Virus record (IMG/VR): IMGVR_UViG_3300018416_001797
Location: 1-29,734 of that record
Length of the DNA stretch: 29,734 bases
Reading direction: 5' to 3' (one strand)
Source of the DNA: a virus
Lineage: Duplodnaviria; Caudoviricetes
The translations under genes were made by a program, and so were the position numbers. Positions within the stretch are counted from its first letter, which is position 1. Every line of letters begins with the position of its first letter. The notes under the pieces were generated by a model, which was given only the letters and a program-made list of their open reading frames with translations, was not told the DNA's origin and ran no database searches. Positions 1 to 8,091 of this stretch are shown piece after piece.

Positions 1-32
1 ACGTACTTGTATTGTCTTGGTTCATTAGCCAT
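1..32 (-). CDS. 5' end of a gene truncated by the window edge (MANEPRQYKY...); possibly a QueD/6-pyruvoyl-tetrahydropterin synthase-like protein
   Basis: ATG at 32-30 with an AAGGA Shine-Dalgarno at 45-41, and the frame is open to position 1. The product guess rests on only 10 codons, which resemble N-termini I recall for phage QueD-like proteins. Confidence 0.4.
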   Translation of the reverse strand, partial: MANEPRQYKY

Positions 33-57
33 TGTCGTTGTCCTTAATGTTAACAAT

Positions 58-103
58 GACACGCAGAATATTTAAAGTGGGATGAGCGTCGAAAGAGTCC
101 ACT
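58..103 (-). ncRNA. Candidate preQ1-I-like riboswitch / H-type pseudoknot in a 5' UTR
   Basis: Minus strand reads AGUGG-ACUCUUUCGACGCUCAUC-CCACU-UUAAAUAUUCUGCGUGUC: a 5-bp stem, an unpaired C before the 3' strand, an AU-rich linker, and loop ACGC able to pair with downstream GCGU. Confidence 0.45.
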
Positions 104-119
104 AAGTTAGTCATGCATT

Positions 120-149
120 ATTATAATACAATTTAACTTATAAAGTCAA
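120..149 (-). promoter_or_regulatory. sigma70-type promoter
   Basis: TTGACT (149-144), 18-nt spacer, TATAAT (125-120). A TAAATA motif also lies at 157-152. Confidence 0.65.
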
Positions 150-154
150 GATAT

Positions 155-1480
155 TTAGTCACCTTGTGTAATAGTTAAAGAACATCCTGCTGGCGTTGAA
201 CAAGTTCCAGTCACTGTAGAACCATCGCTCATTGAATGCGGTAAACTGTAAGTTTTATTTGTTGATCCACTTTGAGTAAGACCAAAAGTCCAGGCGCCCC
301 CACTTTCAGTAAGTTCAATAGTAGCCGCATGGTCACCTGAACCTTCCTGCGTAACTGTGGCAGTATTGCCATCACCTATAAAATCTAACATTAGATAGTG
401 GTTGCCACTGTCTTTTTGTATCAGATTTGCCGTGTTACTGTTACCAGCAATATCAATAAATGCCGATTTGTTTCCACTGCCTGTTTGTAACAAATCTATA
501 CTATTACTATTACCTAATATCTCTGCTTCTGTGTAATGCCCATATGATGTGCTTACAGTAGTAGCATTTTGGTCAATATCCACTGAGTTTAAATTTCCTG
601 TAATGTTCAATAGCAGATAACTGGGCTCACCTGCTTGTGTTATCATTACATCATTATCATCGCCATCTATATCTATATCGATATTATTACTCTCACCTGA
701 ATTAACCGCAGATACAGCACTGTTTATTCTAGTTTGTTGTGCAGAAGTTGGACCAGAAGAATATGATGGAGTTGCTGAACTACTACCACTCGATGAAGAT
801 GAATACAATCCTTCTTCTTCTGCCACCGTTGTGAGGAACACGGTCATATTAGAAGTGTTTTGTATATTGGTTTGAAACTGATCATATCCCATAGTAACTA
901 TTATGCTACCACCGTTGGAACCATAGTCCCATTTATACCAAGTGTGCCAACTACTGCCTGAGGAGTTGGATGCCATTGCTGTTCCGCCCGTGGCGTTAAA
1001 CACTTGCCCTGCTCCTGGTAATACTTCTTGAGATGCTGTGGCGTAATCTCCCACTGACATACTATAGTAACACAGATCAGTGCTACAGGTGCCGGTGTGG
1101 TAGGACATGGTTCCCACGTTCATCTTGCTTTCGATCAGTGTCTCGATGTTGCTCTGTCTGTTGGAGGCTCCCTGAGGTGCGGCTATAATAAGTTTGCCAC
1201 CACCACTCACATAAGTGTCATACACTGAACGACAGGTGCTACCACAGTTGGAGTTGCCTGCTATGTCAATCACCAGTTCCTTGCCTGACACATCACTTGA
1301 ACTCACAGTGGTAGATGTGCTACCTGTAACTGTGAAACCTAATCCTTCATAATGCGACTTTAGACGACTGTATTCAGCACCAGTGTCTGTTGAGTTGTAG
1401 TAGATGAATAGATCATTGGCCCAGGTCGATGTAGCAACTAGTAAAGTTGTCAGAGCTAATATTTTTGTTAAGAATTTCAT
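155..1480 (-). CDS. Secreted curlin-repeat fusion protein (CsgB/CsgA-like C-terminal domain plus ~200-aa N-terminal passenger domain)
   Basis: Signal peptide (STWA|ND), Cys-containing globular region, Ser-rich linker, then repeats such as IxGxxN-x-V-x-I-x-Q-x-G and a terminal CxxxxxC. Last gene of the csgF-csgG cluster. Confidence 0.8.
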   Translation of the reverse strand: MKFLTKILALTTLLVATSTWANDLFIYYNSTDTGAEYSRLKSHYEGLGFTVTGSTSTTVSSSDVSGKELVIDIAGNSNCGSTCRSVYDTYVSGGGKLIIAAPQGASNRQSNIETLIESKMNVGTMSYHTGTCSTDLCYYSMSVGDYATASQEVLPGAGQVFNATGGTAMASNSSGSSWHTWYKWDYGSNGGSIIVTMGYDQFQTNIQNTSNMTVFLTTVAEEEGLYSSSSSGSSSATPSYSSGPTSAQQTRINSAVSAVNSGESNNIDIDIDGDDNDVMITQAGEPSYLLLNITGNLNSVDIDQNATTVSTSYGHYTEAEILGNSNSIDLLQTGSGNKSAFIDIAGNSNTANLIQKDSGNHYLMLDFIGDGNTATVTQEGSGDHAATIELTESGGAWTFGLTQSGSTNKTYSLPHSMSDGSTVTGTCSTPAGCSLTITQGD

Positions 1481-2568
1481 TGCTGTTGAATAATATCAAT
1501 CGTAACGCTTGATCCACCTTGTACTGATATGTCTGCTGGAATATCGTCCTGCACGATATAAACATTACCTTCTGTTTCTCTAGGTAGACTTATTTCTGCC
1601 ACGTGGGGAGGACGTTCGCTTCTCATAAAAATTTCTTCTTCGTTTGCATACCAAATTATCCAACTGTACTGCTGTATTGTTGGTAGCACTTCGTTAGTTT
1701 CTAGTTCGTCTCTGTCTAACTGTATTGTAGTTAAGTCCAACATATTATCTAAAAATTCAAAGTCCAAAAAGTTAATGTCTAGTTCGTAGTTGTTAGCGAG
1801 CTCATCTTCTTGGTCTAATTCGTTTATGTCTAGTTCGTCAAATTCCAATAAGTCTTTATCTAGTGGGTTGTTACTACGCTCAAGTTCTTCTTGTGCAAGT
1901 CTAACTTCTTCTGGTGGACTAACAATTAAAAAGTTATCTATCAGTGCCTCATTTATATCTATAAGTTTTGGTTCAGTAGGCATACTGTTTCTACTAGTTA
2001 CTAATGTGGCTTGGAATGCTTGATTCATTAACACAGCACCCATATCAGTCATAACTTCGATCTCGCCTACGTAACAATCTATCTCATTACTAGTAGGGCA
2101 ACTTGGTAGTAGTATAACAAGACTGCGACCTATCTCGTCTACAGTCATTGTAAAGTCTGTTCCTCGAACAGCAATAGTAGCAGTTGGTGTCTGTATGTTT
2201 ACATTTTCTGCATTGTCTTTGGCAATCTTACCAGACGCATACCTAACTGTTCCTATTGCTACCTTCATTCCCAGTTTACCGGGCTTTTTATTTCCTGGAT
2301 CGTAAAGAAACTCGTCTATCACGAGTTTGCTTTGTTCTGTCATCTTTACTTTAGTGTCGTCCTCAAACGTTATCCCTAACTTGCTTTTCGTAGTTTGGAT
2401 AGCATCTTGCATAAAGACTTCAGAGCCTTTTTCAGATGGCAGTGTTTCTTTTTTTCTGCTGATTTCAGCAGGACCAGTTTGTTCCGTGACATTTCCTATC
2501 CCCTTTGCTAAAACAGTTGAAGAGACAAAAAATAATATGACAAATAATGTCCTACTGAACTGTAACAT
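1477..2568 (-). CDS. FecR-domain exported protein
   Basis: Signal peptide and FecR-type motifs (D-x-I-x-T, I-x-F-x-D-x-T, G-x-V-R, TPTATIAVRGTDF, GEIEV), followed by an acidic C-terminal region. Overlaps both neighbours. Confidence 0.85.
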   Translation of the reverse strand: MLQFSRTLFVILFFVSSTVLAKGIGNVTEQTGPAEISRKKETLPSEKGSEVFMQDAIQTTKSKLGITFEDDTKVKMTEQSKLVIDEFLYDPGNKKPGKLGMKVAIGTVRYASGKIAKDNAENVNIQTPTATIAVRGTDFTMTVDEIGRSLVILLPSCPTSNEIDCYVGEIEVMTDMGAVLMNQAFQATLVTSRNSMPTEPKLIDINEALIDNFLIVSPPEEVRLAQEELERSNNPLDKDLLEFDELDINELDQEDELANNYELDINFLDFEFLDNMLDLTTIQLDRDELETNEVLPTIQQYSWIIWYANEEEIFMRSERPPHVAEISLPRETEGNVYIVQDDIPADISVQGGSSVTIDIIQQQ

Positions 2569-3193
2569 CTACGGTATTATCCTGTCCGTCCATGTCAATA
2601 ACAACATCTGCACCTGTTACGTCATTACTAATATTAACTGTGTTATTATCACTAATGTCCGTTGTATCTGCACCTATTGTAACCGAGTTGGTCTGACTAG
2701 CACCGCTTGCTTCAATATTAACAATGTTGCTATCACCAGTAATGTTTGCTGTGTTACTAGTGGAACCGTCGGTAATACCTGTAGAACATTCCGCCGCAGC
2801 CACTGTGGCACCGTCATTGGCTCCACATACCGATACCCAGTTGGAATCACCTGTAACGTCAATGTCTACTGTTGTGCTTGATGCACCGTCGATACCAACA
2901 TTAGTTTCGTTACTTCCACCTGCAACGTCAATATCAACATTACTAGATGTTGCTGAGTTTTCTATTTCCACGTCAGCATTGTTCAAGTTACCGTCCTGTG
3001 TTAAACTAAACGTTATACTGTCACCGCTAATAGTGGCGGCATCAGTTGAGTCATTTAAAGTGTTAGTACCATTCCTTTGAATGATATCAATATCAGTACT
3101 GTCACCTGCTTGTTCGATATAAACATCGTTAGCAAAACTAGAACTACATACCACAGCAACAAATAACGTGCTTATAGTCCTTAAAATACGCAT
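2552..3193 (-). CDS. Curlin-like subunit (putative CsgA-type major subunit)
   Basis: Signal peptide (SFA|NDVYIEQAGD). The mature chain is made of beta-arc repeats (QDGNLN, DVAGGSN, DVTGDSN, NITGDSN, DMDGQDN) and is very acidic. Lies directly downstream of csgG. Confidence 0.8.
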   Translation of the reverse strand: MRILRTISTLFVAVVCSSSFANDVYIEQAGDSTDIDIIQRNGTNTLNDSTDAATISGDSITFSLTQDGNLNNADVEIENSATSSNVDIDVAGGSNETNVGIDGASSTTVDIDVTGDSNWVSVCGANDGATVAAAECSTGITDGSTSNTANITGDSNIVNIEASGASQTNSVTIGADTTDISDNNTVNISNDVTGADVVIDMDGQDNTVDVTVQ

Positions 3194-3299
3194 TTTCTAA
3201 TGCTCCCTTGGCTTTAAGCCTTCGTGCCCAGTTTTAAGTGATGGTACAACACTTAATGATATTTAAATAACTATGTCATATAATATACTGCTATTATAT
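3194..3299 (-). promoter_or_regulatory. Late-type promoter and structured leader of the curlin gene
   Basis: TAAATA at 3265-3260, hairpin TTAAGTG-N9-CACTTAA, small hairpin GGCT-TAA-AGCC, GGGAG SD, and inverted repeat ATATAATA-N6-TATTATAT at 3278-3299. Confidence 0.5.
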
Positions 3300-3307
3300 T
3301 GAAAAAG

Positions 3308-4189
3308 TTACTTTTCTATCATTTTTAGTTGTTTTTCGAACTCTTTTTGTAACATTTCCTCATCATTGAGCTCGTTTGCAACTTCATTTATTCGTTCCGA
3401 AGAACCCACAGTTACTGGATTTTCGTAATCCCAGTACCCATGCGTTTTGCCCTGCTTGATTATTTCTATTATACACGCATCAATTGCTCTTTGAAGTGCG
3501 ACTGTTGTTGGTTCATTAGTGTAAGATCCTGCGTCAAGTTCTACTGCTTCGGTTCCCATTTCTATAAACTTAAACACACCAAAACTTTGTCCATAACTTA
3601 AAATAGTCTTAGTCCCACTAACTGCTACCAATACCTCGCCTGTTTGTGTAGAAACAATACGCATAGATATTGTCATTATATCTTCCCTGTATTCCTGTTG
3701 CACGCCTATACCTAAGTATCTGGCTCCACTACCTCCTGTTTTTATATTACTGTCATATCCTATAATTGCTCCTTCTAAAATTATACCTGCATACTTAAGT
3801 GGTTTCAACGCTCTCTTGTCATCTACGGTTTCACGCTGTTGTCTAATAATCTGTCTTTCTTTTGCAAGGTTGTCTAACCCCACACGCTCAATGACCTTAA
3901 ACCATGTGCCACCGCCAACTTCTTTAAGGCTCTTGATTACCCAGTCAGCCGCTCCCTGTGTTACTGCTGTAGATATATGTGCAATTCTTTCACTGGGCTT
4001 ACGTTGCCCAGTTTTATCTTGAAATCCATATACTGCAACATATATATGACCGTCTTTGGGAGGCGGGATAGACTTAAATTCCTCTTCTAGGCTTTGTGTT
4101 ATTTCAGGCGCATCGAATGTGGTTTGTCCTGCCAGACTAGCACAACCTGATATAACCAAGCATAATAGGAGTATTAATATATTTCTCAT
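3308..4189 (-). CDS. csgG: Curli production assembly/transport outer-membrane lipoprotein CsgG
   Basis: Lipobox ISGC and CsgG motifs VAVYGFQDKTGQRK, STAVTQGA, WF-x-VIER-x-GL-x-NL-x-KERQIIR, EGAIIGYDSN, TGG-x-GARYLGIG and NEP. Confidence 0.95.
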   Translation of the reverse strand: MRNILILLLCLVISGCASLAGQTTFDAPEITQSLEEEFKSIPPPKDGHIYVAVYGFQDKTGQRKPSERIAHISTAVTQGAADWVIKSLKEVGGGTWFKVIERVGLDNLAKERQIIRQQRETVDDKRALKPLKYAGIILEGAIIGYDSNIKTGGSGARYLGIGVQQEYREDIMTISMRIVSTQTGEVLVAVSGTKTILSYGQSFGVFKFIEMGTEAVELDAGSYTNEPTTVALQRAIDACIIEIIKQGKTHGYWDYENPVTVGSSERINEVANELNDEEMLQKEFEKQLKMIEK

Positions 4190-4638
4190 CAGAAAGCAAA
4201 ATCTCCTACAGGTACAGAAAATGTGGATAAAACGTCTCCGTTGCTGTCTGACACAGTAACAGTTATAACATCATCAATACGAGACCATGCTACCGTATCT
4301 CCAAATGGCGTTGTTACCTCGCCCTCTGCGTCCTCTGCTGAGCCTTCACCAAATAAACTATCACTTATCTGCTTACTCAGCTGACTGTAAATCCTAGACT
4401 CTAAATTGTTTTGAAACTTCCATGTATTAGTAGAACGCAAGTCCCTGTCTGCTTCGTCCTGTAGTGCTTTTGCGGCTTTTTCATTGTCTTTACGACGGTT
4501 AGATTCCAACTGCTCGATAGTTAATACGTGGGCACTATACCCTATGCCGCTAAAGGCAGGGCTTTTGTAGTTGAATGTTAAATTATCTGCTAGTACTAGT
4601 ACTGGCACCATAAATATCAGTGTTAATAAGAATTTCAC
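4189..4638 (-). CDS. csgF: Curli assembly protein CsgF
   Basis: Signal peptide, N-terminal L-x-F-x-Y-K-S-P-A-F-S-G motif, and F-x-x-N-L-E-S-R-I-Y-x-Q-L-S. Translationally coupled to csgG. Confidence 0.9.
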   Translation of the reverse strand: MKFLLTLIFMVPVLVLADNLTFNYKSPAFSGIGYSAHVLTIEQLESNRRKDNEKAAKALQDEADRDLRSTNTWKFQNNLESRIYSQLSKQISDSLFGEGSAEDAEGEVTTPFGDTVAWSRIDDVITVTVSDSNGDVLSTFSVPVGDFAF

Positions 4639-4699
4639 TCAGTCTTCCCTCAATTATTACTATATTTGTATTTACTCGTTAAAAAAGACATAAACATAC

Positions 4700-5896
4700 A
4701 TGTTTAATGTAGATCACCTTTACAGTATTTTATACTCTAATTTGTTACAAAAACATAACCTTCAGGGTCTTGTATTAAAGCAATTTGGTAAATGTGAAAC
4801 GTCCAAGGATATTATTCCATATCCAGAAACTCCTCTATTTACTCATGAAGATGTTTATTTTTATGACCAAGAACCGTTAGGCTTCAGTACTAAAATACCA
4901 CAATCGATGTATGATGTAATAAGAAATCTTCAAGAAGATCGTTGGGATTTAAAGTACAATATATGGGCAACTAGTGAGAAAAATAATCCGTTATTAGACT
5001 CTTTTTGTAAGAAGAACAATTTAGTTAAATGGTATTATTTTTACCATGCATTTGCAAGCCTAGACTGGCTACGTTCTGTCCAATACATGCCTAGAGTAAA
5101 CATATACGAAGGTGCATCTTTTATCAGTCTAAATAATTTATGCGATGGACCCAGAGTATATAGACCACTGTTTGTTGCAAAATTATACCAACAAGGTTTA
5201 CTAGGTGACGGTATTGTTTCATACAATGCTGGAGATTTTAGTAATAACACCTTTTTATCAGATAAAGATAGAGAACTACTATCAAAGTTTAGTGGCTATT
5301 ATAGATTGCAAACTAGCTCGTATATTAAAGATAACGCTAGTGCTGAAATGGAACATAACTTGTGGACAAGTGCATTCTGGCATATTGTAAGCGAGACTTG
5401 TTATTATGAAAAAACCAATCATTTAACAGAAAAAACATTCAAACCTATTGCATCAAGACAGCCTTTTATTATACTAGGAACACCCGGTAGTTTAAAGTAT
5501 CTTAAGAGTTATGGATTCGAATCATTTTCCACAGTAATTGACGAAAGTTACGACTCAATTACAGACCCTGTTGAAAGAATGGATGCCGTAGTTACTGAGG
5601 TTAAGAAACTTTCTAGTCTAAATCAGACTGACAAAAAAGATATGTACAATGAGATTCTTCCAATAATCCAACACAACTATGAACATTTTTACAACGGCTT
5701 ATTTGATTTATGCTGGGAAGAATTAACAACAAACTTTAAAGATGCTTTAGATACCATATCTGACATACAGGAGCCCGTAACAAAAGATATTAGGATTAGT
5801 ACGCTGGACAAAGAAATATTAAGTTATTCTGCGTTGTCAGGAAATTTCGGAAGATTATTCAGAGACAAATTTAAGACTTTACTGCCCAAGGACTGA
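4700..5896 (+). CDS. Hypothetical protein, glycosyltransferase-like (GT10-like C-terminal motif)
   Basis: IVSET...LTEKTFKPIA..QPFIILG....LKYLKSYGFESF..IDESYD motif, a family I recognise as common in large aquatic phages. One of only two convincing plus-strand genes. Confidence 0.6.
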   Translation: MFNVDHLYSILYSNLLQKHNLQGLVLKQFGKCETSKDIIPYPETPLFTHEDVYFYDQEPLGFSTKIPQSMYDVIRNLQEDRWDLKYNIWATSEKNNPLLDSFCKKNNLVKWYYFYHAFASLDWLRSVQYMPRVNIYEGASFISLNNLCDGPRVYRPLFVAKLYQQGLLGDGIVSYNAGDFSNNTFLSDKDRELLSKFSGYYRLQTSSYIKDNASAEMEHNLWTSAFWHIVSETCYYEKTNHLTEKTFKPIASRQPFIILGTPGSLKYLKSYGFESFSTVIDESYDSITDPVERMDAVVTEVKKLSSLNQTDKKDMYNEILPIIQHNYEHFYNGLFDLCWEELTTNFKDALDTISDIQEPVTKDIRISTLDKEILSYSALSGNFGRLFRDKFKTLLPKD

Positions 5897-6539
5897 AGCC
5901 GTCACTAACTTGTCTGTAACGTTCATGTTTATTTTTGCCATCTATCTCAAACGTAAAAATAGCAAATACAGCGTTTTCTGTGTTGTCAGTAATTACAGAA
6001 TGGGGAATATCAGCCTTGCCTATAAATGCACAATCAGTGTATGATTCTACTATAGGCATTTTACTAGTTGACAGCCAGAAGTCTTTAGTCCCTTTTTGGC
6101 CGGGCAAAGTAAACGCATAAAAATTAGGGTATCCCTCGGGCGGAACCCAGCCCAGCTCTTGGCCAATCATATGTCTTCTGTAACGTTCACTGTTATGTAT
6201 GTTCCATGTGCAACCCTTAGAAAGGTAAAATAAACCCTCATGTGAGTAGTCATCTTCTCTACTGGTTTCTTGAACTATAACGCTTTCGTTGTTTGCAGGT
6301 AAAGGGAATATTTCTACCCAACTAATCTGAAACGGTAAGTTGTTATGCACAAATTCAAGGAAGTCGGCATTCAGTATTTTATGTGCGTCAAGACTGGATA
6401 GCCTACTCTCTCCACTTCCATTAATAAGATACCTTGTCTTAAATTCTGTGTTGTCTACTTGTCTAAGACTTTTTATATCTATGTCTGGATCTAATAGGTT
6501 ATCGTCAAATGGAATCTTGTATGTTTGATATCGATGCAC
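5871..6539 (-). CDS. Hypothetical protein, degenerate DSBH/2OG-Fe(II) oxygenase-like
   Basis: C-terminal DIPHSV motif but no HxD. Local similarity to 6573..7199. Confidence 0.45.
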   Translation of the reverse strand: MHRYQTYKIPFDDNLLDPDIDIKSLRQVDNTEFKTRYLINGSGESRLSSLDAHKILNADFLEFVHNNLPFQISWVEIFPLPANNESVIVQETSREDDYSHEGLFYLSKGCTWNIHNSERYRRHMIGQELGWVPPEGYPNFYAFTLPGQKGTKDFWLSTSKMPIVESYTDCAFIGKADIPHSVITDNTENAVFAIFTFEIDGKNKHERYRQVSDGFSPWAVKS

Positions 6540-6544
6540 TTATT

Positions 6545-6571
6545 AAAAAGAAGGCTAAAAAAGCCTTCTTT
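6545..6571 (-). terminator. Intrinsic terminator (possibly bidirectional)
   Basis: AAAGAAGGCT-N5-AGCCTTCTTT stem followed by a T-tract, immediately after the stop of 6573..7199. Confidence 0.75.
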
Positions 6572-6572
6572 A

Positions 6573-7199
6573 TTATCCTAGGTAATCTGCAAATGTAGTT
6601 TCGTATTCAGAAATGGTAGCTACACCAGTAATAAAGACGCAAATGGCCCAACCTACACCGCCAGCACCGTTTGAACTGTTTACTGGTTTGTGAAACTCTA
6701 GTACTGTAGGAGGACTTGCTGATGTAACTGTGCAATGAGCAGTTAAATTAGATACATGTTTCCAGTTTGCTTCATTAGTACCATCTGCTCCTGGGGACAC
6801 ATAAACTTTACTGTCGCCTTCACCACTTACTTCAGTTAAACCTGTTACATCATAACATCCGGTTGTAAGGCTATCACCGTCCCAAGATTCTATGATACCT
6901 GCGGCGTTTTCTGTTACCACTAATCCAGGAACTCCATCGTAGTTAGCAGGAATTTTGTAAATTTCTATGTGTAAAACTGTTAATCCCAAAGTGGTTAAAA
7001 TATTTTTAAACTCTGTAGATAAAACGTTACTAATAATAGAAGCATCGGTGATGTCTCTTGACATATCTGTAGGTCCAGAGCCTAATGCTAGGTATGTGTG
7101 ACCATTTGCACCTGCTTGACTTGTTGGTTGTCCTGCGAAGTCATATGACGTATTTCTTACTGTGACGCCAGCACCTAAGTTTAACGCTCTTAAAGCCAT
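6573..7199 (-). CDS. Hypothetical protein with its own promoter and terminator
   Basis: 208-aa ORF with AGGA SD, TAAATA motif at 7235-7230 and a downstream terminator. Gly/Thr/Ser-rich. Confidence 0.6.
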   Translation of the reverse strand: MALRALNLGAGVTVRNTSYDFAGQPTSQAGANGHTYLALGSGPTDMSRDITDASIISNVLSTEFKNILTTLGLTVLHIEIYKIPANYDGVPGLVVTENAAGIIESWDGDSLTTGCYDVTGLTEVSGEGDSKVYVSPGADGTNEANWKHVSNLTAHCTVTSASPPTVLEFHKPVNSSNGAGGVGWAICVFITGVATISEYETTFADYLG

Positions 7200-7228
7200 A
7201 TCTTAATCCTTAATGTTATATTGTTATA

Positions 7229-7771
7229 TTATTTATGCGTAAGACCCCACTTTGCGCCATAATCAACTATATTCTCAGGCAACTGTCTTACTAATGCAAT
7301 TCTAGTTGATTCTAAGTTTTCGACGCTGTGTGGATCTTGTACTGATAATTTGTACCACTTTCCCTGCTCTAATACTTCTGAATGCACTAGTTCTAAATCT
7401 TCTCTGGGAATTGCTTTAGTAGGTGGGTACTCTTTACTTGATAGTTGTTTGTAAAAACAGGTAGAAACATTATCACCACCTGGTTTAATAATGTACATAA
7501 TAGTATAGTCTCTGTGATCGTCCCTATGTGGGACTAGGTATGAGCCTTTATCCAGTGTTTGAATAATCCAACTATACTTGTCTTGATTGTTATCCTTAAA
7601 CCAATTTGTTTTAAGTTTTGTTAGGTCTACGTTGTATATAGTAAACAGAGCTACTTTATCCATCTCTGGAATAAACTTGTAACTATATTCACCTGTGTCA
7701 GGATTTGTATCAAACAATTCTGCTATAACATCTTCTGGGATAGCAGGAATATCCAGGTGCTCAATATACAT
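7229..7771 (-). CDS. 2OG-Fe(II) oxygenase-like (DSBH) protein
   Basis: PHRD (HxD) ... PHSVEN ... R pattern, matching the facial triad and the 2OG-binding Arg. Confidence 0.65.
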   Translation of the reverse strand: MYIEHLDIPAIPEDVIAELFDTNPDTGEYSYKFIPEMDKVALFTIYNVDLTKLKTNWFKDNNQDKYSWIIQTLDKGSYLVPHRDDHRDYTIMYIIKPGGDNVSTCFYKQLSSKEYPPTKAIPREDLELVHSEVLEQGKWYKLSVQDPHSVENLESTRIALVRQLPENIVDYGAKWGLTHK

Positions 7772-8091
7772 TAACTGTTTTCTGCTTCCTCTAACACATG
7801 GGTGTAATAGGAGTCTAGCTCTCCCTTAAATTTTCCCATTAAATGTTCTATCGCCTGCTTACAAAAGTTATAGTCTTTCTTAATATGATTCTCTACAACT
7901 TTTTTATGTAGACTAGTCCATTGCTCTAGACTGCTTATTTCCTGTAGAGGAATAGTTTGCATGTCTAGAACAACTTGTGGCTCCACAGTTATAGTCTTGT
8001 CGCCTTCAGTCTGTGTTATAGGAGGCAGTGGCAGTAATGTATATGTTTCATTTAATTTTTCTGCCGCTTGTTTATTGAATATTACATTCAT
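7771..8091 (-). CDS. Hypothetical protein resembling the C-terminal part of class III nucleotide cyclases
   Basis: 106-aa coupled ORF. Resemblance by eye only; no catalytic N-terminal half. Confidence 0.4.
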   Translation of the reverse strand: MNVIFNKQAAEKLNETYTLLPLPPITQTEGDKTITVEPQVVLDMQTIPLQEISSLEQWTSLHKKVVENHIKKDYNFCKQAIEHLMGKFKGELDSYYTHVLEEAENS

